A stretch of 64,000 bases of DNA, from assembly GCA_963796965.1 (NCBI GenBank), contig CAWCNS010000005.1, forward strand, positions 1,120,001-1,184,000, in the 5' to 3' direction. The stretch is from Calditrichia bacterium. GTDB taxonomy: Bacteria > Calditrichota > Calditrichia > JAJRVZ01. Numbering within the stretch: position 1 is the first letter of the stretch; each line of letters begins with the position of its first letter. This document shows, one piece after another, positions 55,523-64,000 of this stretch. A model generated the notes under the pieces. It was not told where the DNA came from. It worked only from the letters and a program-made list of their open reading frames with translations, and made no database searches. Position numbers and translations under genes: made by a program.

Positions 55523-56027
55523 AGCGTAGAGCGAGGAGCGAAGAATGACAAAAGAAAAGAGAGGAGAGAGGAGAAATGTAGGGGCGATTCGTTGAATCGC
55601 CTATTGATCACAAACCACGATAATTGTGGGTGCCGATTCATTTAAATATTCAATAATCAACACGGAATAATCAATGTTCAGGTAGGGGCAGACCCATGCT
55701 GAAACGAAGTGAAAGTGCGCCCTCTGGCGTATGTCTGCCCTGGGTGTTGCGGCACATTGGAATACACCGATGATAAAATGTTAGGATGCGGTCACAGTGC
55801 CCAAATAAATATTCAATAGTCAACACGGAATATCAACCGCCAGGTCGAAGATGCGCCGACTGGCGTGTTGATCCGCTTACTGGCGTGATTCAATTTTCAA
55901 TTAATTCTAAATAATATAAAATTGAGAATAGACCATATAATTCGTGAAATTCGTATAAATTAGTGAAATTCGTGGTCCTCAAATTACAAATTACGAATTA
56001 CTAATTACTAATAACCAATTAACCAAT
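55511..56027. repeat. Dense nested repeat mosaic (at least six families)
   Basis: GTAGAGC 7-mers; REP at 55578-55601; 37-bp repeat at 55645-55681; interrupted REP at 55682-55741; interrupted 37-bp repeat at 55808-55900; 9-mers at 55940-55975; AATTAC 7-mers at 55981-56027. Confidence 0.75.
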
Positions 56028-56034
56028 ATCATCC

Positions 56035-56919
56035 ATGCTCAGAATTTACCTGATCCTCTTCACCGGTGTGGTAATCGTCTCCAGCAGTTCGGTCATCATC
56101 CGCTGGACCGGGGATGTACCTCCAACAGTAATCGCTTTCTACAGAGTATTTATAAGTTTTTGTTTATTATCTATTTATAGATTGTCTATTAAAAGAGATG
56201 TTCATGTTTTAATACGTAATTGGCATTGGCATTATCTCCTGGCGGGTTTATTTCTTGCTGCTCATTTTATTTGTTGGATAGGATCTTTACAGTTGACAAC
56301 CATCGCTAATGCCATCTTTTTAGAGAGTATTCATCCGCTGTTTGGAATGATCGTATCTATCATATTTCTAAAAGAATATCCCCAGAGAAATATTTTCGTA
56401 ATTGCCCTATTGGCACTCTTTGGTATGGCAGTTATTATGTATAATGATATCGGACATATTGGGACACATTTAACGGGGGATATTTTAGCGCTTTTTTCGG
56501 CCTTATTCTTTTCATTATATATTTTGATTGCACGACTCCACCGGGAAGAAGAAGATTTTATTAAATATTTAATTTATGTCTATGGAACCGCTGCAGTGGC
56601 CTGTGCCGGATATATTATCCTATCCACAGATTCTTTTAGCGGGTATTCGAATAACAGCTGGCTATTTATGGTTATTCTGGCCCTGGGGCCCAATCTTTTG
56701 GGGCATTCTATTTTAAACTGGAGTTCGAGACACCTTAAAATTTTTAAAGTAAATCTGGTTATTCTGTTTGAACCCATTTTAGCTACTTTAAGCGGAATAA
56801 TCTTTCTGGCGGAATATCCACCAGCAAACTTCTATCCGGGTGCAATTATGATTCTTGCTGCTCTGGCATTTTTAATCTGGAATGAGCAACGGATTATTGG
56901 GAGAGAGAAGAGAGAGTAG
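56035..56919 (+). CDS. DMT/EamA-family transporter
   Basis: About 10 TM helices with duplicated EamA halves; AFYR, GDILAL, EPILAT. Confidence 0.9.
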   Translation: MLRIYLILFTGVVIVSSSSVIIRWTGDVPPTVIAFYRVFISFCLLSIYRLSIKRDVHVLIRNWHWHYLLAGLFLAAHFICWIGSLQLTTIANAIFLESIHPLFGMIVSIIFLKEYPQRNIFVIALLALFGMAVIMYNDIGHIGTHLTGDILALFSALFFSLYILIARLHREEEDFIKYLIYVYGTAAVACAGYIILSTDSFSGYSNNSWLFMVILALGPNLLGHSILNWSSRHLKIFKVNLVILFEPILATLSGIIFLAEYPPANFYPGAIMILAALAFLIWNEQRIIGREKRE

Positions 56920-57089
56920 ATTGCCACCATCCCAGTGGATATTTAAAACCTTATTCATGTCAGGATGAAGTCAAAAGAAAACCCCTATTTGGCTGAATAT
57001 TCATTTGCTAATTTTAAAAATAGTTATACATTTATATCTGTATCCCTAATATGAAAATAATTTTGTTGATAGGATCAAATATCTTGAGA

Positions 57090-57845
57090 TCAGAAAATCT
57101 CTGCATAAGCGATGCGGATTTCACGTGACATGCCGTCGGTATATTTTCGGTTTTTAAGAATGTCCTTTAATACAAAAGTGATTTCTAATTTTCCTGCAAA
57201 TATCCATTTTAACGCTGCATTTAGATAGCCTTTACCCTCACCTACTGAGTTTGGGCCATCATCATTAAACGCAAAATCATATTCGGCTGAGAGGGTTAAT
57301 TCTGGATTCAAACTTTTTTCAATCCCGGCAAATAGATTAAAATCTTTATCGCCATCATCCTGTTCAAAACTATAATTTATGCCTCCGCTAACGGCAAGGG
57401 TTCCCAAAAATATAAAACTTTTGGTACCTGCTGCATATATTCCCATCGATTTTGTCATATAACGATCTGTACTATCAATATAAGATCCAAATCCCTGGGA
57501 TGTATAACCGACTAAAATGGCAGGCATAATATAATCTTCCTCCCAAATCCTGTAACGCAGTGCTGCTCCGGGCAGTTTATTCCACTCAATCTTCCCTGTA
57601 CCGACAATATTCGTACCGCCATAGGATATTCCAAACATAAAACGATCCGTAATCCCGGCACCGATGCCAGCAAGGAGGCCACCATCAGGATAGACATCAA
57701 TTCCCGATCTAAAACTACCCCGCATCAATGTGCCCGCTGTCGGTGTATCCACAATTCTCAAAGGTTCCAGCAGACTTAAATCCTGAGAAAAAAGAAGTGA
57801 GGGGATGAAAGAGACAAGAAATATCCAACGCATAAAGACCTTCAA
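57090..57845 (-). CDS. Putative outer-membrane beta-barrel protein (YjbH-like)
   Basis: Signal peptide, IVDTPTAGTL motif, amphipathic beta strands and a C-terminal Phe. Confidence 0.65.
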   Translation of the reverse strand: MKVFMRWIFLVSFIPSLLFSQDLSLLEPLRIVDTPTAGTLMRGSFRSGIDVYPDGGLLAGIGAGITDRFMFGISYGGTNIVGTGKIEWNKLPGAALRYRIWEEDYIMPAILVGYTSQGFGSYIDSTDRYMTKSMGIYAAGTKSFIFLGTLAVSGGINYSFEQDDGDKDFNLFAGIEKSLNPELTLSAEYDFAFNDDGPNSVGEGKGYLNAALKWIFAGKLEITFVLKDILKNRKYTDGMSREIRIAYAEIF

Positions 57846-58185
57846 GTTTATGTTTTATTTAAATTTACCGGCCACCTGGCATAATGTCAAGAATAAAAAT
57901 CCGCTAAGTAATCTGAGTTGTCTTCCGATTATAAGTTATAAATGTTTTTGGAATGAAAGGACCACATTCTTCGTTGCACAAGTTAAACTTGAATTGGGAA
58001 GTCTGGGTGAGTAAATTTTTCTGACGGCTCAATGCAGCGTCTGAACAAAATTATGAGTTAGGACGTATAATAGATTTAGATGAGAAATAAATTTAAAGAT
58101 ACAGAACTGATCACCATAATTACAATTGAAATAGAATGGGGTCAGAGAGCGAACCATCAACTTTTTCAGAATAGGATAGATTAAT

Positions 58186-60655
58186 ATGAGAAATAATTTT
58201 ACAAGTCGTGTTCAAAAGGTTATTCGCTATTCCAAAGAGGAAGCGATGCGCTTAGGACATGACTATATAGGTACCGAACATCTGCTTCTTGGCGTTCTGA
58301 AAGAAGGTGAAGGAATTGCGTATTAAAATATTGCAAAATATGAACTGTGATCTGGTCAAATTAAAAAAGACAATTGAGGATTCCACTGCTCCTTCTGGTG
58401 GAACCATGACAATTGGTAATTTGCCTCTTTCCAAGCGTGCTGAAAAAGCATTAAAAATGACATATATTGAAGCAAAAAATTTTAAAAATGATGTCATCGG
58501 CACTGAACATTTGCTTCTTTCTATTTTGAAAGAAAAAGATAGCCTGGCAGCACAGATTCTATTAACCTTTAATGTTGATTATACAACCTGTTATTCTGAA
58601 TTGGAAAATATTTTATCTGGTAAACCCACAATACCAAAACCAAAGCAACAACAAGCAAAAAAAACCAAGACACCAGCACTGGATCATTTCGGACGTGATC
58701 TCACTTCATTAGCTTCTGAAGGAAAATTGGATCCAATCATTGGACGGGATGACGAGATTCAGCGTGTCGCACAGGTTCTGAGTCGGCGTAAGAAAAATAA
58801 TCCCGTATTGATTGGTGAGCCGGGTGTTGGTAAAACTGCCATTGCCGAGGGCTTAGCGTTACGAATCGTTCAAAAAAAGGTTTCCCGCGTTTTACATAAT
58901 AAACGTGTTGTTGCCCTGGATATGGGTTCCATCGTTGCCGGAACAAAATATCGAGGTCAGTTTGAAGAACGAATGAAAGCAATTATGACAGAACTTGAAA
59001 AAGCTGAGGAGATTATTCTTTTTATCGATGAGTTACATACAATCGTTGGTGCCGGAGGTGCTTCTGGTTCATTAGATGCATCGAATATGTTTAAACCTGC
59101 CCTGGCACGCGGCGAATTGCAATGTATCGGCGCGACAACCCTGGATGAGTATCGCATGCATATCGAAAAAGATGGCGCTTTGGAAAGACGTTTTCAGAAA
59201 GTGATGGTTGAACCGACATCAATTGATCAGACGTTAGAAATATTTCGTTCAGTCAGCCATAAATATGAAGAACATCACCATGTGGTTTTTCCCGATGAAA
59301 CTTTAGTGGCAGCCGTACAGTTAAGTGAACGGTATATTACCGATAAAAATTTTCCTGATAAAGCGATTGATGTAATGGATGAAACAGGATCACGCGTTCA
59401 CATTGCCAATATTATCGTCCCGCAGGAAATTCTTGATCTTGAAGGTGAAATAGAACAGATAAAAGTTGAAAAAGAATCTTTGGCAAAACTGCAGGATTTC
59501 GAAAAAGCTGCGAAATTACGAGATATGGAACGCAACCTGACGGAAAAACTCGATATTGCCCGAGAAAAATGGGAAGCAGAGGAAGAAGCGCGAACGGCAG
59601 TTGTAAAGGTGGATGATATTGCCGAGGTAGTTGCAATGATGACCGGAATTCCTACCAGACGTATCGCAGAAACAGAATCTAAGAAACTTCTTAAGATGGA
59701 TAGTATTTTAAAAAAAAGTGTCGTTGGCCAGGATGAAGCAATAAAAGTTATTACCAAGGCTATCAGACGAACACGTGCCGGTTTGAAAGATCCCAACCGT
59801 CCCATTGGCTCATTCATCTTTTTGGGACCGACAGGTGTTGGCAAAACACATCTGGCTAAAAGTCTGGCTGATTATTTATTTGAATCCGATACGGCATTAA
59901 TTCGCATCGATATGAGTGAGTATATGGAGAAGTTTAATGTTTCCCGATTAGTTGGTTCCCCTCCCGGATATGTTGGGTATGAAGAGGGAGGTTTGTTAAC
60001 AGAAAAAGTAAGAAGAAGACCCTACGCAGTCATTTTGCTAGATGAAATTGAAAAAGCACATCCTGATGTCTTTAATATTTTGCTTCAGGTTTTGGATGAA
60101 GGGCATTTGACAGATAGTCTTGGACGGAGGGTTGATTTCAAAAATACAATCCTGATTATGACCTCCAATGTTGGTACCCGGGAGATCAAAAAGAACCTAA
60201 ACTATGGATTTACCTCTGACGACCATAGTGGTGATCATGAAAAAATTAAAGGTCGTATTGGAGACGAATTAAAAAAATTGTTTAACCCGGAGTTTTTGAA
60301 TAGGATCGATGATGTGGTCTTTTTCCATCAGTTGGAGTTTGAAGATACATTAAAAATTGTTGATATCGTTCTGGAAGAGATGTCACAGAAGGTGTCCGAC
60401 CGTAATATAAAATTTGTTCTGACTGCCGGAGCAAAAAAATATATTGCAGAGAATGGCTTTGATCCGGTAAACGGTGCCCGGCCATTGAAGCGTGCCATAC
60501 AAAAATATATCGAGGATCCTATTTCCGATGAAATATTAAAGGGAAATTTCGGTGACGGCAGCATCATTCAGATAAAAATGGTATCAAAAACTGAATTAGG
60601 TTTTTTTGAGATAGGTAAAAAGGAAGATAAAAAGACGGATGTAAAGATCGATTAA
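58186..60655 (+). CDS. clpC: ATP-dependent Clp protease ATP-binding subunit ClpC (frameshift near 58320)
   Basis: N-domain [47 protein letters not shown] middle region, [18 protein letters not shown]. Confidence 0.93.
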
Positions 60656-60692
60656 TACAACTTTGCACCCCTTGTAACTATATTTTTGACTT

Positions 60693-60727
60693 ATACCAGA
60701 GACGTCCCACCGGGACGTCTCTGGTAT
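60693..60727. terminator. Perfect 16-bp hairpin after clpC (terminator or REP-like)
   Basis: ATACCAGAGACGTCCC-ACC-GGGACGTCTCTGGTAT. Confidence 0.6.
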
Positions 60728-60740
60728 TTGGTACTTTATT

Positions 60741-61380
60741 GTGAGACCGAAATCCTTTCATAATAAAATTGTTCTCTCTGCACTATTTGCGATATCTATG
60801 GCCTACCTGGAATCATCAATTGTTGTTTATCTTCGTGAGTTATATTATCCCCAAGGATTTAGTTTTCCACTAAAGGAAATACCCCCTCATATCCTCTTTA
60901 TAGAAATTGGACGGGAAGCAGCGACAATTCTTATGCTTTTCGCTTTTGCAAAAGCTATAGGTCGAAACCGGCAGCAGGTTTTCGCCTATTTTGCCTTAAA
61001 TTTTGGCATCTGGGATATAGGGTATTACCTCTGGTTAAAAGTGTTGATTAACTGGCCTTTATCAATTTTGGATTGGGATGTTCTGTTTCTGATTCCCCTA
61101 CCCTGGTTCGGTCCAGTATTAGCTCCTGTAACTGTCTCAATAGGACTTATTTTAGCGGGATATATTATTCTCCGGAGAGAATATAAAAATAAACCTGTCT
61201 TGTTAAAAAAATCAGACTGGTATTTGGAAGTTATTGCTGGTCTGATAATAATTGGGTCGTTTTTACACTGAATTCCAATCGTTCGGAGCAGATTTCGAAC
61301 CAACATATTACCCTTGGTGGCTATTCTTTTGTGGATTTTTACCCGGAATTGGTCTCTTTATTTACCGGGTGTTTAAATAA
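60741..61380 (+). CDS. Hypothetical integral membrane protein (probable C-terminal frameshift)
   Basis: Hydrophobic ORF with MAYLESSIVVYLR, EIGREAATILML and WDVLFLIPLPW; a hydrophobic continuation runs to TAA 61380. Confidence 0.7.
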
Positions 61381-61474
61381 TTTATAATTTTAAAACAATT
61401 CTGGATGACCATTGTGGCTACATTCCTATTAAAGTGTGAGCTCTGCGATAAGATCAATGAAATCGTTGATCTTT

Positions 61475-64000
61475 TTACGATATACTTAGCTCTACAGGTT
61501 CCTCTTCGACAAGACTCTTAACTAATCCAGCATATTTCCTTTCAATTTTAAATCCAAACCGGTAAAAATATTCTGGTCTAAAAAAACCGGTAGTAACATA
61601 GAAATAATGATCGTTTTTCATACGTTTAAAATATTCGTTGAGCAATCCATCACTAATCCCCTTTTTCCGGTAGTAATCATCAACAACAATTTTTTCGATA
61701 TGTGTCGTATCATCGGATATTTTTTTATAAAACATTCCACCGATTAATTGACTTCTCTCGTTTAATGCTATCAGGTAGAGATGATCCGGTCTGAATTGTA
61801 CATATAGGTGGTTTTGAATGAATAGCTGGTGCAGCCGGGCAATTTCTTTTGGATTAACAGGTGTACGAATAAAGAAACTACCGCCATCATAATCCTTTGA
61901 TCTGACAACCAGATCTGTATGGGCGATCCCTTCTTTTTCAAGCGAGATCAAGTCAGCACTATCCGTTGGCTGCAGATGCGGATAACTTAATCGGGCCAGA
62001 AAAAAAAGTTCTTCTTCATTCAAATTTAATGCTTTTTGAATTGTGGAAACATGTTGTGTGAATTTTTCTTCTGATATCTGTTTGTTTTGCTGCTCCAGAA
62101 TAAGCCCCTTCAAATCATCTCTTAACTGCATTTGAGCATGTGCAAAGACTGTTTCTCTAAAAAATCGAGTCCTGGTTTCCGGATACTCTATCTCCAGTTT
62201 ATTCAATTGGTAGGTCTCATATAATTCAGTTAAGGTTGATGCCCGCGCCTGGCTCGTGGCCGATTGGTTCAATTCACGCCAACGATGATAACGCTTGATC
62301 GCAAAATACAGGCGTTTGGGGATATATCCATTTTCTTTTACTGACTCCAGATATTCTTGTAGTTCATTTAAGAGTATTTTATTCTTTTTGTTCTGTGATT
62401 CGGCTTTTAAAAAATTTAGACATTCATCTAAAAATGAGATGCCCAGATCATGTCCAAGAGATTCAATAATACCAGAAAACACGTATTTTGTTTTTCCTAT
62501 TCCTTTTAAGACATCAAATTGATCCTCACTTTTATTCATATAGTTTATAATTAAATTCTTTAACATATCCAGAACATTGATGTGTGGCCTTCTTGCAGAA
62601 ATGGAAACAATACGAGATCCTTCTTGATAATCATGTTTTGGAATAATGATATTAGTCGGCGTCGGATCTTCAAGTTCAAGTCGATTTTTAGTCCTTTTCC
62701 AGAATTGAGCATAGGCACTTACGCCACTCCAAATAAAATAGGGCCAGATTTGACGAAGCCGATCATTCATCGCCTCTTCATGTTGTCGGATTGTTCGGAT
62801 AATAAATTTGCCTGCTGTTTCACCTTGAATAAATTCTTCGCTCCATAAATCGAATTCCTTCCAGTATCCACCAAAATCCTCTACCAATTTTACATCTCCA
62901 GCACTGGTTCCAGATCTGATCAGCCATTTAATCTCTTCCAAAATATCTTCAAAGGCGATATCATGATTTACATTTATTGCAATATCAAAACTTCCCTGAT
63001 ATCTTGTTTGAATCGTAATGCGATATACCGCCTTACCATGTTCCTTGCCAAGCAAGCTGACCCATAGTCCACCCGGAGGAATATCATTTAGTCTTACCAG
63101 AACACCCCCAGAGAAAAGAAAAACCGCCTCACGGATTAAAGTGGTATATTTAATAGCAGAAATAAGACGATCCCTGTCCGTTTTCTCAATAGATTCTTCA
63201 AAAATTATAACATCTTCCCAATGGTATTCTTTATTAGTTTCTAAATCGACCGCTACTTCCTGGGTTGTTCCTAGCCATTTCCGAAAACCCTCCCGGGATT
63301 CTAATCGGGCGATACGTGCAGCTCTCCGGATACTTGATTCGTAATTTTCCAGCTGACAACTAACCAGAAACTGCCTTATAATCTTATATCGTGTCGGATG
63401 TATTGCCCCATAACCGCTTAGGAGGCGGAATAGTTTGACACATCGCTTATTGTTTTCCTCACAATACTCCCGGGTAATCTCAAAAAGAATGGAAAGTTTT
63501 TTATCTTTTACACCCGTTGAACAAACCTCTTCAATAACCTTCTTATTTATAAAATTAACAGATAAATCAAGAAAGGCGCGGTTGGTTGCTGCAGATTCTG
63601 GTTTTGTAGGGGCATTAAGGAGGATTATAAAGGCCTTACGTTGCGCCTCAATCGAGTGGGAATAAAGCGTACGTTTTAGAATCTCTTTACCTAATCTGAT
63701 ATATACAGATTCCTTATCTTGAAGAGCACTTTGTATGTAATCAAACACTTCGGAAGAGTGGTAGATTTCAGCACGCTGCAAAATAAGCGCTGCCGTATGT
63801 AATCCCCAAAGTGAAATATTTGATTCTTGTTTGAATCGACGCCAGACTTTATCAATATTTAAATCTGTTCGCAGAGGAGAGGCGGGTCTTTTAAAACGTA
63901 TTTTTATATTTGAATCATCATGTCTTGTCCAGTTAAATATTTTCTCATTAGACAATTCAACCAGAGCCGAATTGCCCAACCACAATTGAGGATCGGTAAA
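61475..64000 (-). CDS. Large multidomain protein (N-terminus outside window) with a kinase-like middle region and C-terminal GNAT
   Basis: Open frame to the window edge; C-terminal HIEKIVVDDYYRKKGISDGLL...FYRFGF GNAT motif. Confidence 0.75.
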   Translation of the reverse strand, partial: FTDPQLWLGNSALVELSNEKIFNWTRHDDSNIKIRFKRPASPLRTDLNIDKVWRRFKQESNISLWGLHTAALILQRAEIYHSSEVFDYIQSALQDKESVYIRLGKEILKRTLYSHSIEAQRKAFIILLNAPTKPESAATNRAFLDLSVNFINKKVIEEVCSTGVKDKKLSILFEITREYCEENNKRCVKLFRLLSGYGAIHPTRYKIIRQFLVSCQLENYESSIRRAARIARLESREGFRKWLGTTQEVAVDLETNKEYHWEDVIIFEESIEKTDRDRLISAIKYTTLIREAVFLFSGGVLVRLNDIPPGGLWVSLLGKEHGKAVYRITIQTRYQGSFDIAINVNHDIAFEDILEEIKWLIRSGTSAGDVKLVEDFGGYWKEFDLWSEEFIQGETAGKFIIRTIRQHEEAMNDRLRQIWPYFIWSGVSAYAQFWKRTKNRLELEDPTPTNIIIPKHDYQEGSRIVSISARRPHINVLDMLKNLIINYMNKSEDQFDVLKGIGKTKYVFSGIIESLGHDLGISFLDECLNFLKAESQNKKNKILLNELQEYLESVKENGYIPKRLYFAIKRYHRWRELNQSATSQARASTLTELYETYQLNKLEIEYPETRTRFFRETVFAHAQMQLRDDLKGLILEQQNKQISEEKFTQHVSTIQKALNLNEEELFFLARLSYPHLQPTDSADLISLEKEGIAHTDLVVRSKDYDGGSFFIRTPVNPKEIARLHQLFIQNHLYVQFRPDHLYLIALNERSQLIGGMFYKKISDDTTHIEKIVVDDYYRKKGISDGLLNEYFKRMKNDHYFYVTTGFFRPEYFYRFGFKIERKYAGLVKSLVEEEPVELSIS

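Noticed and set aside
55511..56027. Possible CRISPR array
   Set aside because: No constant repeat with regular unique spacers and no cas genes; the repeats are heterogeneous and nested.
59398..59844. Antisense ORFs in clpC, and similar short ORFs opposite tamB, hdrA, kor and pgi
   Set aside because: They are shadow frames of well-supported genes with no motifs of their own.

Overview
AT-rich bacterial chromosomal window. The C-terminal 'QNYPNPFNP' sorting domains, TamAB and the anaerobic Hdr cluster suggest an FCB-superphylum anaerobe such as Calditrichota or KSB1 (inference). Left to right it holds: tamA/tamB; a membrane Ser/Thr kinase-TPR gene; a GAF sigma-54 activator and putative -24/-12 promoter ahead of secreted CTD proteins; comM between two GxxExxY genes; and a ~14 kb minus-strand energy cluster (korDABC, HdrA, MvhD, HdrD-like, HdrA-MvhD, hemerythrin-like, HdrC, HdrB). 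Both HdrA genes carry an in-frame UGA followed by an identical SECIS-like hairpin, indicating selenocysteine. After these come a GNAT, a second korDABC, a GlnE-like double nucleotidyltransferase, pgi, an M48 protease, a Mo-oxidoreductase with a DmsB/C fusion, EamA, clpC and a pseudokinase-GNAT protein. Many genes are split by single-base indels, most likely long-read errors. The most unusual signal is a set of short periodic repeat families (7-, 8- and 9-nt periods, plus GTAG-REP hairpins). They occur as inverted pairs around the GxxExxY and four-helix-bundle genes, as empty pairs, as nested brackets around the kinase gene, inserted into one another, and in-frame inside tamB. No CRISPR array, rRNA or tRNA was recognised.
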